DNA of 59,100 nucleotides, from positions 1 through 59,100 of the forward strand of contig JAUWYL010000004.1 in the NCBI GenBank assembly GCA_030615855.1. The letters are read 5' to 3'. This DNA comes from a bacterium. GTDB taxonomy: Bacteria > UBP18 > UBA7526. Made by a program: the position numbers and the translations under genes. The notes below the pieces were generated by a model that was given only the letters and a program-made list of their open reading frames with translations, was not told where the DNA came from and made no database searches. Positions 36,704 to 46,680 of the stretch are shown here, piece by piece; position 1 is the first letter of the stretch; each line of letters opens with the position of its first letter.

Positions 36704-37866
36704 TTCTTCTTCCTCCTTTTGGCTGCTTCTTTGATCAATGCCAAGGCAATGATATTGCGTTGAATCTGGTTTGTTCCCTCGTAGATCTGGGTGATCTTGG
36801 CATCCCTCATCATCTTCTCTACCGGGTACTCCTTCATATAACCATAGCCCCCAAATATCTGAACAGCATCTGTGGTGACCTTCATAGCCATATCACTGGC
36901 GAAGAGCTTACTCATAGCACTTGGCCTGGCAATATCCTTACACCCCTTATCCACCATCCGGGCTACCGCATAGACTAAGGCACGAGCGGCCTCTATCTGG
37001 GTGGCCATATCGGCTAACATATGCTGTATCCCTTGAAAGGAGGATATGGGATGGCCAAACTGCACCCTTTCTCGGGCATAATCTATGGCCCTATCCAGTG
37101 CTCCCTGGGCAATGCCCACTGCCTGAGCACCGATACCCGGCCGAGAAGAGTCAAAGGTCTTCATGGCCACAATAAATCCCCCCCCCTCCTTTCCAATTAA
37201 ATTTTCTTTGGGAACTTTACAATCACTAAAGACCAGTTCCCTGGTTGCTGAAGCCCGAATCCCCATCTTATCCTCTTCCTTCCCAAAGGTGAATCCTTCT
37301 GTTCCCTTCTCAACGATGAGGGCGCTTGCTCCCCGCGCCCCTTTCTTCTTATCGGTCATAGCGATGATGGTATAGATCTCTGCCTCTCCCCCATTAGTAA
37401 TGAAACACTTTGTTCCATTCAGAACGTAATGGTCTCCATCCTTGACTGCCGTAGTCTGGATGGCACCGGCATCGGATCCGGCTTCTGGCTCTGTTATGGC
37501 GAAGGCGGTTAACTTCTTACCGCTTGCGATATCCGATAAATACTTCTTCTTCTGCTCCTCTGTTCCATATAATAGGATGGGAAAGGCCCCTAAGGCGCTT
37601 GCCGCATAACTTACCGCCACTCCGCTACATGCCCTGGATAATTCCTCAGTCACTAAACAGAGTTCGAATACCCCTCCTCCCAGCCCACCATACTCCTCAG
37701 GCAAGAAGACCCGAAAGAGGTCGGATTGGGCCAAGACCTTTATTATCTCCCATGGAAACTCCCCCTTCTCATCCAGTTCCTGGGCCTTAGGTGCAATTTT
37801 CTCCTCTGCGATTTTCCTCGCTAAGTCCCGAATCATGACCTGCTCTTCAGTCAAGAAGTATTCCAT
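36700..37866 (-). CDS. bcd: acyl-CoA (butyryl-CoA-type) dehydrogenase
   Basis: TEPEAGSD, NGTK.FITN, R.QFG, GGYGY, IYEGTNQIQ. Confidence 0.88.
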   Translation of the reverse strand: MEYFLTEEQVMIRDLARKIAEEKIAPKAQELDEKGEFPWEIIKVLAQSDLFRVFLPEEYGGLGGGVFELCLVTEELSRACSGVAVSYAASALGAFPILLYGTEEQKKKYLSDIASGKKLTAFAITEPEAGSDAGAIQTTAVKDGDHYVLNGTKCFITNGGEAEIYTIIAMTDKKKGARGASALIVEKGTEGFTFGKEEDKMGIRASATRELVFSDCKVPKENLIGKEGGGFIVAMKTFDSSRPGIGAQAVGIAQGALDRAIDYARERVQFGHPISSFQGIQHMLADMATQIEAARALVYAVARMVDKGCKDIARPSAMSKLFASDMAMKVTTDAVQIFGGYGYMKEYPVEKMMRDAKITQIYEGTNQIQRNIIALALIKEAAKRRKKK

Positions 37867-37886
37867 CTAAACCTCCCTTCGGTCGG

Positions 37887-38012
37887 AGTGAACAGTGATC
37901 AGTGAACTGTGAACGGTGATCGATGAACAGAAATTTTGCATTTTGCACTAATCTCCGTTTCACCCCTTCACCGATTCTCACTTTCTCACCTGCTCACTTT
38001 CTCACTTTCCAT
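37887..38012. repeat. stacked arrays (AGTGAAC, TTTTGCA, TTCTCAC units) overlapping the rnc end
   Basis: read directly. Confidence 0.7.
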
Positions 38013-38663
38013 TTTTACCAGGGCTTGCTGGGCGGCCTTTTGTTCGGCCTCCTTCTTACTCTTCCCTTTGCCCTTTCCTATAGTTCTCTTGCCCAGCCTG
38101 GCCTCTACAGTAAAGACCTTCCTATGCTGGGGGCCCCTTTGGCCAATGACCTTATAACTCGGCTTTCTCTTGAACCCGTCCTGAATGATCTCCTGCAACA
38201 GGCCCTTATAGTCCTGAAGATACTTCTCCTTGACCAGAAAATTAATCTCTTCACCAAATTCCCTTAAAATAAAATGGCGGGCTGCTCCCAGCCCGCGATC
38301 TAGGTAAAGGGCACCGATTATTGCCTCTAAGGCGTCGGAAAGGATAGAGGAACGATACCTTCCCCCCGCCCTTTCCTCCCCCTTGCCTAAGAGGAGATGC
38401 TTCCCTACTCCCAAAATCTTAGCCCGCTTTGTCAATATTGGTTCACTGACTACAATGCCCTTTAACTTGGATAGCTCCCCAGAGGAGTACTCAGGATATT
38501 TTCGATAGAGATAATCACTGATTACCAGACCTAAGACGGCATCCCCCAAGAACTCCAGCTCTTCGTTATCCTTTGAATCCTTCAGTCTATTCTCGTTAAT
38601 GTATGATCTGTGAGTCAGGGCCTCTCTGAGGAGTCCTCGATTCCTTATTCCAAAGCTTATCAC
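37986..38663 (-). CDS. rnc: ribonuclease III, N-terminal helix apparently short
   Basis: [25 protein letters not shown], dsRBD. Confidence 0.95.
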   Translation of the reverse strand: MISFGIRNRGLLREALTHRSYINENRLKDSKDNEELEFLGDAVLGLVISDYLYRKYPEYSSGELSKLKGIVVSEPILTKRAKILGVGKHLLLGKGEERAGGRYRSSILSDALEAIIGALYLDRGLGAARHFILREFGEEINFLVKEKYLQDYKGLLQEIIQDGFKRKPSYKVIGQRGPQHRKVFTVEARLGKRTIGKGKGKSKKEAEQKAAQQALVKMESEKVSR

Positions 38664-39904
38664 TTTTCAAGTTTCTTAATGATTAAGACCGCATTGTGGC
38701 CCCCGAAGCCGAAGGAGTTGGACATAGCCACCTTAACCTCCTTCTTCCTGGCCTGGTTGGGGACGAAGTCCAGACCCTGACACTCGGGATCAGGATATTT
38801 GTAATTCATGGTAGGAGGGATAATTCCTTTCTCCAAGGCCAGAAGGCAGGCAATGAGTTCCACTCCTCCTGCAGCTCCCAGGAGGTGGCCGGTCATGGAC
38901 TTGGTAGAACTTACCGGAATTTTTTTAGCATACTCTCCAAAGATCTTCTTAATGGCCATGGTCTCGTACTTATCGTTCAAGGAAGTCGAGGTCCCATGGG
39001 CATTGATGTACTCCACCTCTTCTGGTTTCATCTTAGCATCATCTAAAGCCATCTGCATGGCATTTGCCGCACCCTCTCCTTCTGGCGCGGGAGCGGTCAT
39101 ATGATAGGCATCACCGCTCATCCCATAGCCTACCACCTCAGCATAGACCTTCGCTCCTCGACTTTTAGCGTGTTCCAGGGATTCTAAGATTATTATCCCT
39201 GCTCCTTCTGCCATAATGAAGCCATCCCTCTCCTTATCAAAGGGTCGGCTCGCCTTATGAGGATCATCATTCCTTGTGGATAGGGCCTTCATGGAACAGA
39301 AGCCAGCCAGGCCCAAAGGCGTTATGGCGCCTTCTGTTCCACCAGTGATCATGACCTCCGCATCCCCTCTCTGGATGATCTTATAAGAGTCTCCCAGGGC
39401 ATGAGCAGCACTGGCGCAGGCAGTAACTACCGCACTATTAGGGCCCTTCAATCCATACTTTATGGAGACCAGGCCAGAAGCCATATCGATGATGAGCATG
39501 GGAATGAGGAAGGGGGAGACCCTCCTGGGACCCTTCTCCAGGAGCACCTTATGCTCTTTCTCAATGGTCCCCAGGCCACCGATGCCAGAGCCAAGCAAGA
39601 CCCCGATCCTCTTAGTATCCTCTTTAGATAGGTCTAATTTTGAATCTCGAATGGTCTCAGAAGTCGCTGCCATGGCAAACTGGGCGAACCTATCCATCCT
39701 CCTCGCTTCCTTCTTATCGATATACTTCTCTGGCTCAAAGCCCTTTACCTCTCCCGCTATCTGGGAAGTGAACTGGCTGGCGTCAAAGAGGGTTATCTTC
39801 TCTATTCCCGATTTACCCTGGGAAAGGGCCTCCCAGTACTCCGGGACATTATTCCCAATGGAAGTAATAGCTCCTATTCCAGTTATGACTACCCTTCTCT
39901 CCAT
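38660..39904 (-). CDS. fabF: beta-ketoacyl-ACP synthase II
   Basis: [26 protein letters not shown]. Confidence 0.97.
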   Translation of the reverse strand: MERRVVITGIGAITSIGNNVPEYWEALSQGKSGIEKITLFDASQFTSQIAGEVKGFEPEKYIDKKEARRMDRFAQFAMAATSETIRDSKLDLSKEDTKRIGVLLGSGIGGLGTIEKEHKVLLEKGPRRVSPFLIPMLIIDMASGLVSIKYGLKGPNSAVVTACASAAHALGDSYKIIQRGDAEVMITGGTEGAITPLGLAGFCSMKALSTRNDDPHKASRPFDKERDGFIMAEGAGIIILESLEHAKSRGAKVYAEVVGYGMSGDAYHMTAPAPEGEGAANAMQMALDDAKMKPEEVEYINAHGTSTSLNDKYETMAIKKIFGEYAKKIPVSSTKSMTGHLLGAAGGVELIACLLALEKGIIPPTMNYKYPDPECQGLDFVPNQARKKEVKVAMSNSFGFGGHNAVLIIKKLEK

Positions 39905-39915
39905 ATTCCCTCCTT

Positions 39916-39999
39916 AACGCGAATAGTCGCGAATCTATAAGGCTGATTAAGCAATGTTTTAGCGCGAATAGTCGCGAATTTATTCGTGTTGGTTCGTGT
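39916..39999. repeat. inverted CGCGAAT / ATTCGTG array
   Basis: CGCGAATAGTCGCGAAT present twice. Confidence 0.7.
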
Positions 40000-40000
40000 C

Positions 40001-40240
40001 TTACTCTTTTTTGGTATGCTTCTTGATATACTCTATGGCCGCTGTTACCTTGGTGATCTTCTCTGCATCCTCATCTGGAATCTCGATGTCAAACTCTTCT
40101 TCTAAAGCCATGACCAATTCCACAGTATCAAGGGAGTCTGCTCCTAGATCATCGATGAAGGATGCCTCATTCGTCACCTCTTCGGCATTCACTCCTAACT
40201 GATCGACAATGATCTGCTTTACCTTCTCCTCAATCGCCAT
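40001..40240 (-). CDS. acpP: acyl carrier protein
   Basis: [12 protein letters not shown]. Confidence 0.97.
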   Translation of the reverse strand: MAIEEKVKQIIVDQLGVNAEEVTNEASFIDDLGADSLDTVELVMALEEEFDIEIPDEDAEKITKVTAAIEYIKKHTKKE

Positions 40241-40258
40241 TTCTCTCCACCTCCTTTA

Positions 40259-40424
40259 ACACGGATTTCTTTGTATCGCTTACTGCGAATGCTTATTTGA
40301 CGCAGATTAGCACGGATAAATCTTGGACACGGATTGTGAGTATGTCTACTACATGGGCAAAATACCACGAATTATCATAGATAAATCCGTGCCTATCCGT
40401 GTTGTAATCCGTGATTATCCGTGT
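40259..40424. repeat. complete inverted array (CACGGAT / ATCCGTG arms)
   Basis: left arm matches 11145-11206; right arm matches 2426-2466. Confidence 0.85.
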
Positions 40425-41162
40425 CTATAGCATGCCGCCATCTACCTTTACCACTTCTCCGGTGATATAGCTGGCATCGCCGCTGGCTAAAAAAACTACC
40501 AGGTTGGCAACATCTTTCACTTCCCCTAGTCTCTTTAAGGGAATCTGACTGGTCAATCTTTCCTTTATCTCGTCGCCCAAGGCCTCGGTCATCTTAGTCT
40601 TTATGAAACCGGGGGCGATGGCATTAACATTTATTCCCCGAGAGGCGAGTTCCTTTGCTGCTGATTTGGTCAGGCCAATAATTCCGGCTTTGGAAGCGGC
40701 GTAGTTTGCCTGACCGGGATTCCCCATTATTCCTACTACAGAGGCGATGTTGATTATCCTGCCCGACCTGGCCTTCATCATGGGCCGAGCAACAACCTTT
40801 AAACAATTAAAAGTGCCTTTTAAATTAATATCCAAGACCTGATCCCACTCCTCTTCACTCATACGCAGGATGAGGTTGTCCCGGGTAATTCCCGCATTGT
40901 TTACTAATATATCAATTTTAGTGAATTTGTCAAGTGCTTTTTTCACCATCTCTTCCACTTCACTTACCTTAGAGACATCGGCCCTCAAAATGAGAATTTT
41001 TCTTCCCAATTTTTCTATTTCGGTTGCCACTTCCTTTAAGTTCTCCAGATTAATGTCACAGGCCACAATATCTGCTCCTTCTTTAGCCAGAGCAAGGGCG
41101 ATGGCTTTGCCGATCCCTCTTCCTCCTCCAGTAACCAGGGCCACCTTATTTTCTAATCGCAT
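40425..41162 (-). CDS. fabG: 3-oxoacyl-ACP reductase
   Basis: TGGGRGIG, NNAGITRD, YAASK. Confidence 0.96.
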   Translation of the reverse strand: MRLENKVALVTGGGRGIGKAIALALAKEGADIVACDINLENLKEVATEIEKLGRKILILRADVSKVSEVEEMVKKALDKFTKIDILVNNAGITRDNLILRMSEEEWDQVLDINLKGTFNCLKVVARPMMKARSGRIINIASVVGIMGNPGQANYAASKAGIIGLTKSAAKELASRGINVNAIAPGFIKTKMTEALGDEIKERLTSQIPLKRLGEVKDVANLVVFLASGDASYITGEVVKVDGGML

Positions 41163-41166
41163 CTCT

Positions 41167-42102
41167 TTATTCCCCCAATGCCTTTATCGTTTTCTCCAGG
41201 CTTGCCTTATCTTCGACATTGAGAACCCTTACTTCTCTGTTTATTCTCTTCAAAAGGCCGCTTAGAACTTTCCCCGGACCAACTTCAATAAAGGTATCAA
41301 AGCCATCTCCAATTATTCTCTTCATAGAATTTTCCCAACGGACAATCCCACATACCTGATCGATGAGAGCTTTCTTTATACTTCCCGCATCTCTAACATA
41401 ATCAGCGCTTACATTGGCCACTAAAGGAATTTTAGGGTCAACAAAATCAGTCCTCTCAATCTCCTGGGTTAACTTCTCTTTTGCAGACTCCATCAAGGGA
41501 GAGTGCCAGGCACCAGAGACCTTCAGAGGAATGGCCCTCTTCGCTCCCGCCTCTTCTGCCATTTTAACCGCTTCATCGATTCCTCTCTTCTCACCCGAGA
41601 TAACCACCTGGCCAGGGGAATTCAGATTGGCGATGACTATTATCCCAACAGAAGAGGCTTTCTCACATATCTTTTCCACTCTGCTAATATCCAATCCGAT
41701 GATGGCTGCCATTCCACCGGGATGTTCTGTTGCTGCCTGGTGCATAAACTCCCCTCTCTTCCTCACCAATCTTAATCCATTTTCAAAGTCTATTGCTCCA
41801 CTGGCTACTAAGGCAGAGTATTCACCGAGACTGTGTCCAGCAGTAACCTTTGGGGCTATCCCTTTCTCCTTCAATACTTTATAACATGCTACATTTACCG
41901 TAAATATTGCTGGCTGAGCATTTATAGTCTCCTTTAACTCCTCCCCTGGGCCTTCAAAGATTAGTCTTGTTAGATCTATTCCCAAGACCTCATCTGCTCT
42001 CTGGAATACTTCCTTTGTTTTAGGGAAGTTGTCATATAGTTCCTTCCCCATCCCCACTTCCTGTGAACCCTGACCCGGAAATAGAAACGCCAGCTTAGCC
42101 AT
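41167..42102 (-). CDS. fabD: malonyl-CoA:ACP transacylase
   Basis: FPGQGSQ, GHSLGEY. Confidence 0.97.
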   Translation of the reverse strand: MAKLAFLFPGQGSQEVGMGKELYDNFPKTKEVFQRADEVLGIDLTRLIFEGPGEELKETINAQPAIFTVNVACYKVLKEKGIAPKVTAGHSLGEYSALVASGAIDFENGLRLVRKRGEFMHQAATEHPGGMAAIIGLDISRVEKICEKASSVGIIVIANLNSPGQVVISGEKRGIDEAVKMAEEAGAKRAIPLKVSGAWHSPLMESAKEKLTQEIERTDFVDPKIPLVANVSADYVRDAGSIKKALIDQVCGIVRWENSMKRIIGDGFDTFIEVGPGKVLSGLLKRINREVRVLNVEDKASLEKTIKALGE

Positions 42103-42185
42103 GAAACCCCCCTAATTGTCCAAAGTCCTCGACTATAGATTATATTATTGAAAGATTACGGTAACGAAGCCCGTATCAGATGGCA

Positions 42186-42332
42186 ATATTAAAAATCAAA
42201 ATGCAAAAATTAAAATGACAATGTAAAATGAGGCAGTAAAATCAAAAATGAAAATGGAAAATTACAATGCAAAATGTAAAATTTTGAATCTTAATCTGTA
42301 ATTTTGATATTTAATCTTTAATATTTAATTTC
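42186..42332. repeat. AT-rich inverted array (AAAATG / ATTTT units)
   Basis: read directly. Confidence 0.7.
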
Positions 42333-42385
42333 TTTACCGCAACCGAATGGCTTCTTATTTAATACACAATATGTAACGATATTTC

Positions 42386-43366
42386 CTACCACCTCATAAC
42401 GCAGGAAGCCCAGGTAAAACCGCCACCGAAGGCCACTAAAATAATCAGGTCTCCCTTCTTTATTCTTCCCTTCTTCACCGCCTCATCCAGGGCAAGGGGA
42501 ATGGAAGCCGCAGAGGTATTACCATATCTATCGAGATTAATGTAGACCTTCTCTGAAGGAAGACCCAGCCTCTTGGCCACGGCATTGATGATCCTCGCGT
42601 TTGCCTGATGGGTGATGAGAAGGGAGAGCTCCTCTGCTTTTACTCCTGCCCTCTTCATTCCTTCCAAAGCAGCCTCTTGCATGGACTGTACCGCAATCTT
42701 GAAGACCTTATTCCCCTCCATCTTCATGTAATGGAGTCTTTTGTCTATGGAATCATGGGTGGCTAAAATGCGTGAACCCCCAGCCGGTATCCGGAGGAGG
42801 TCCCAGTTTCCTCCATCTGCCCTTAAGTAACTGGAGAGGATCCCCTGGCCCTCTTCAGCCGGTTTCAATACCGCGGCCCCTGCCCCATCACCGAAGAGAA
42901 TGCAGGTAGTACGATCCTCCCAGTCCGTGATCTTGGATAGGACCTCAGAGGCAATGACCAGGACGGTATCATACTCTCCAGAAGCGATGAAACCTCGGGC
43001 AATAGAGAGGCCATAGATGAAACCAGAGCAGGCAGCCTCCAGATCAAAGGCCGCTGCCTTCTTTGCTCCCAATCTATCCTGGATGAGGCAAGCAGTAGCG
43101 GGGAAGACGAAATCTGGAGTAACGGTAGCGACGATAATTAAGTCCAGTTCCTCTGAGTTTACCTTAGCATCTTCCAGGGCTCTTCTGGCTGCTTCAAGAG
43201 CAAGATCCGAGGCCGCTGTTTTATCATCTGCGATATGGCGTTCCCTTATCCCCGTTCTCGCTATAATCCATTCGTTAGAGGTATCGACCATCTTCTCCAG
43301 GTCTTCATTGGTCAGAATCCTCGGTGGAGCATAAGAGCCAACACCGACAATTTTAGCCGACCTCAT
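42386..43366 (-). CDS. fabH: beta-ketoacyl-ACP synthase III
   Basis: AACSGF, HQAN, GNTSAAS. Confidence 0.97.
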   Translation of the reverse strand: MRSAKIVGVGSYAPPRILTNEDLEKMVDTSNEWIIARTGIRERHIADDKTAASDLALEAARRALEDAKVNSEELDLIIVATVTPDFVFPATACLIQDRLGAKKAAAFDLEAACSGFIYGLSIARGFIASGEYDTVLVIASEVLSKITDWEDRTTCILFGDGAGAAVLKPAEEGQGILSSYLRADGGNWDLLRIPAGGSRILATHDSIDKRLHYMKMEGNKVFKIAVQSMQEAALEGMKRAGVKAEELSLLITHQANARIINAVAKRLGLPSEKVYINLDRYGNTSAASIPLALDEAVKKGRIKKGDLIILVAFGGGFTWASCVMRW

Positions 43367-44361
43367 ATCTTCTCTCCTTTAATGTCCTCTATAATGTGGG
43401 CATTCACTTTATGGTTAATGAATTCACCCGCTACCCTGAGAGCATTCTTTATTGCCAAGCTAGGGGCCCCGCCATGGGTTATAATGCATACCCCATTGAT
43501 CCCCAAGAGTGGCGCCCCTCCATACTCCGAGTAATCAAACCTCTTCTTCAATGCCCGGTAGGCCCCCATTGATAGTAGGGCACCAAGTTTGCGCAAAAAA
43601 TTCTTGGTGATTTCTTTCTTAAGCATTCCCTGTATGGTCTCTGCCAGGCTTTCCCCAGTTTTCAAAACAATATTGCCGATAAAGCCATCGCAGACGATGA
43701 CATCCACAGAGCCATTAAAGATATCCCTTCCCTCAACATTTCCAATAAAGTTTAGAGAAGTTTTTGCTAACAGGTCGTAGGTGGCCTTTGTTAACTCATT
43801 TCCCTTAATCCTCTCTTTTCCTACATTTAAAAGACCTACCTTTGGTTTTTCTATTCCTAAGATCTCTTTAGCATAGGTATTCCCCATGATGGCGAACTGG
43901 AGAAGATGCTGGGGTTTACAGTCCACATTCGCTCCCACATCGGTCAGTATTGAGACCCCGTATATGTGAGGTGTTAAGATGGCAATGGCTGGCCTCTCAA
44001 TCCCCTCCAATGTTCCCAAGACGACCTTAGTAGCCACCATGGCCGCCCCGGTATTCCCAGCAGAGACGATGGCCTGTGCCTTCCTCTCTTTCACTAACCT
44101 GGCAGCTACCATAATGGAGGAGTCCTTTTTCTCACGTAGAGCACTGGTGGGCAGCTCACCCATCTCCACTACCTGAGAGGCATGAATAATAGAAAGGGAG
44201 AGTCCTTTAGCAGGATATTTGGCTAACTCCTTCTTTACTTTCTCTTCATCCCCGACCAAGATTACTTCTAAATCCTTGTATTCTCTTAGAGCCTGGATGG
44301 CTCCCTCAACTATTATTCCCGGAGCCCTATCCCCTCCCATGGCATCCAGGGCAACCCTCAC
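43363..44361 (-). CDS. plsX: phosphate acyltransferase
   Basis: DAMGGD, SAGNTGA, DVGAN, CDGF.GN. Confidence 0.97.
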   Translation of the reverse strand: MRVALDAMGGDRAPGIIVEGAIQALREYKDLEVILVGDEEKVKKELAKYPAKGLSLSIIHASQVVEMGELPTSALREKKDSSIMVAARLVKERKAQAIVSAGNTGAAMVATKVVLGTLEGIERPAIAILTPHIYGVSILTDVGANVDCKPQHLLQFAIMGNTYAKEILGIEKPKVGLLNVGKERIKGNELTKATYDLLAKTSLNFIGNVEGRDIFNGSVDVIVCDGFIGNIVLKTGESLAETIQGMLKKEITKNFLRKLGALLSMGAYRALKKRFDYSEYGGAPLLGINGVCIITHGGAPSLAIKNALRVAGEFINHKVNAHIIEDIKGEKI

Positions 44362-44678
44362 TTCTTCTCCTTCTTCTTGGGAGGGATGATCTCCCTTCCC
44401 TCATAGTAGCCGCACTCTGGACATACCCTATGGGGAAGTTTTGGAGCCCCACACTGAGGACAGCGGGATAGGTTAGGGCTTTTTATCTTCCACTGCGCCC
44501 TCCTCTTATCCCTTCTTGATTTGGAATGCCTCCTCTTGGGCAGCTGTAAAACAATAACCATGCCTTTGAGAAGCGCCATTTCGCTCAAAGGCTTCTCTTT
44601 AAAGGCGAAGATAACTATTCCCACCAGCAGCAACAGTGTGCCCGCTAGAATTACTCTAAAGACTTTTCCCTTCTCCAT
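44358..44678 (-). CDS. rpmF: 50S ribosomal protein bL32 (Zn-ribbon type) with an unusual hydrophobic N-terminal extension; start uncertain
   Basis: PKRRHSKSRRDKRR, CPQC...HRVCPECG. Confidence 0.9.
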   Translation of the reverse strand: MEKGKVFRVILAGTLLLLVGIVIFAFKEKPLSEMALLKGMVIVLQLPKRRHSKSRRDKRRAQWKIKSPNLSRCPQCGAPKLPHRVCPECGYYEGREIIPPKKKEKK

Positions 44679-44704
44679 ATTCGTTCCTTTTAAATCGCCT
44701 TGTC

Positions 44705-44732
44705 ATTCTACCAAAACGAAAGAATTTGTCAA
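44705..44732 (-). promoter_or_regulatory. sigma70 promoter of rpmF-plsX-fab
   Basis: TTGACA-16 bp-TAGAAT. Confidence 0.7.
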
Positions 44733-44764
44733 GTTTTGTTACGAGATTTTTGAAAAAAGGATGC

Positions 44765-44845
44765 AAACGGATTGTGGCGGATGCAGACGGAAATTCTTCT
44801 TTGACGATTTGTCCGTTTGAATCCGCTTAAATCTGTCTGAATCCA
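44765..44845. repeat. inverted 10-bp array (CGGAT / ATCCG)
   Basis: read directly. Confidence 0.7.
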
Positions 44846-44865
44846 TGACTTTTTTAGAGCTCTCG

Positions 44866-45858
44866 TTATTGGGCCTGGAGAGAAGTAATGGCTACCAGAT
44901 TGATGATATCCTCGACGCTACAGCCTCGGGAGAGATCATTCACCGGTTTTGCCAGTCCCTGCAAGATAGGGCCGATGGCCTGAGCACCGGTCAATCTCTG
45001 GACCAACTTATAACCAATATTTGCAGAGTTTAAATCGGGAAAGATTAAAACATTTGCCTTTCCCGCGATAGGACTCTTGGGAGCCTTTTGAGTTGCCACC
45101 TCTGGGATCAAAGCAGCATCTGCCTGTAGCTCCCCATCGACCAAAAGCCCTGGCGCTTTCTCTTTGACTATTTCTGTTGCTTTTCTCACCTTATCTATTA
45201 ATTTATGGCTAGCACTTCCCTTTGTGGAAAAAGAGAGCATAGCCACTCTCGGTTCGCACCCCATTAAATCCTTTGCCGTCTTGGCTGAAGCGATAGCAAT
45301 ATCTGCTAATTCCTCTTCATTCGGATTGGGAAGGATGGCACAATCAGCGAAGATTAATGTCCCATTCTCTCCAAATTTCTCATCCTTTAAAATCATAAGA
45401 AAGGAACTCGATGCCTTCTTCACTCCGGGGGCGGTCTTTATGATCTGTAGGGCAGGCCCTATGGTCTCTGCCGTAGTATGGATTGCTCCGGATATTGAAC
45501 CATCTGCCTCGCCCTTCTTAACCATCATTGTCCCATAGAAAAGAGGCTCCTTCATAACAGAAAGAGCCTCATCCTTGCTTATTCCCTTCTCTTTTCTAAG
45601 TTCGCAATAAGTGTTTGCGTAATCCTCTAATCTCTCTGATTTCTCTGGCTCAATAATCCTTGCTTTTCCAATATCTACTTTTAGAGATTGGGCTATATCT
45701 TTTATCTTTGATCCCTCTCCCAGAAGGATTGTCTCTGCTATGCCCTCCTTTAGAATCTCTGCCGTTGCTTTAATGGTTCTCTCTTCCTCACCTTCAGGAA
45801 GGACAATCCTCTTAGGACTCTTTCTTGCCTTCTCCCTAATCTCTTCCAATAAATCCAT
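44866..45858 (-). CDS. pta: phosphate acetyltransferase
   Basis: IVLPEG, FADCA, MLSFSTKGS, DGELQADAA, PVNDLSRGC. Confidence 0.96.
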   Translation of the reverse strand: MDLLEEIREKARKSPKRIVLPEGEEERTIKATAEILKEGIAETILLGEGSKIKDIAQSLKVDIGKARIIEPEKSERLEDYANTYCELRKEKGISKDEALSVMKEPLFYGTMMVKKGEADGSISGAIHTTAETIGPALQIIKTAPGVKKASSSFLMILKDEKFGENGTLIFADCAILPNPNEEELADIAIASAKTAKDLMGCEPRVAMLSFSTKGSASHKLIDKVRKATEIVKEKAPGLLVDGELQADAALIPEVATQKAPKSPIAGKANVLIFPDLNSANIGYKLVQRLTGAQAIGPILQGLAKPVNDLSRGCSVEDIINLVAITSLQAQ

Positions 45859-45874
45859 TATCTACCCCAATCCG

Positions 45875-46027
45875 AAACAAGCACAAATAACCAAACACCA
45901 AGGAACAAATCCATTAAATTTCTAATTACTAATTTCCAATTTCTAACAAAATGTTCAATTCTTCAATGTCAAATGTCTAACTTGGCTTATTGGAAATTGG
46001 AAATTGGATATTGGGTATTGGAAATTC
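45875..46027. repeat. inverted heptamer array (AATTTCC / TTGGAAA)
   Basis: read directly; same family as 21826-21985. Confidence 0.75.
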
Positions 46028-46081
46028 TCTATTTAGTTATTGTATCTTGACATTTATTCGTCATTTTCCAGCTATTGCTCA

Positions 46082-46564
46082 TTACTTAGTTAATTTCTCC
46101 TTCAACCTCTCCTCTATCACCTTGGGAACCAACTCACATAATGAGCCACCGAAACTCACCACTTCCTTAATCATGCTTGAGGAGAGATAGGAATATTTGG
46201 CAGAGGGCATCATGAATACCGTCTCGATCTCCTTATTCAACTTCCTATTCATCAATGCCATCTGAAACTCATACTCGAAGTCGGAGATGGCCCTCAAGCC
46301 TCGGATAATGACCTTTGCTCCAATCTTCTTGGCATAATTGACCAATAGTTCATCAAAGCTATCGATCTTTACATTCTTAAGATCTTTAGTAGCCTCTTTT
46401 AACATATCAATCCTCTCCTCCACGCTGAAGAGGGGCTTCTCCTCTGGATTCTTCACTACCGCCACTACTAGTTCATCCACAATTCTTAAGGCACGCTTTA
46501 TCAGATCAATATGACCATTGGTTACTGGATCGAAACTTCCCGGATAAACAGCAATCTTCTTCAT
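46082..46564 (-). CDS. coaD: phosphopantetheine adenylyltransferase
   Basis: YPGSFDPVTNGH, RGLR..SDFEYE. Confidence 0.97.
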   Translation of the reverse strand: MKKIAVYPGSFDPVTNGHIDLIKRALRIVDELVVAVVKNPEEKPLFSVEERIDMLKEATKDLKNVKIDSFDELLVNYAKKIGAKVIIRGLRAISDFEYEFQMALMNRKLNKEIETVFMMPSAKYSYLSSSMIKEVVSFGGSLCELVPKVIEERLKEKLTK

Positions 46565-46582
46565 AAGGCCTCCCACTCTCCT

Positions 46583-46680
46583 TCATTGAACTTTGAACAT
46601 TTTACATTGAACATTAAAATCCATTTTGCATTTTACATTTTTCACTAATCTACTCTCCTACTTTCCTACTCTCCTACTAT
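46583..46680. repeat. ACATTGA / TTTTGCA / CTACTCT arrays; related copy at 47240-47371
   Basis: read directly. Confidence 0.7.

Noticed and set aside
40259-40424. Repeat arrays as CRISPR
   Set aside because: Units are 7-10 bp without unique spacers; no cas genes.
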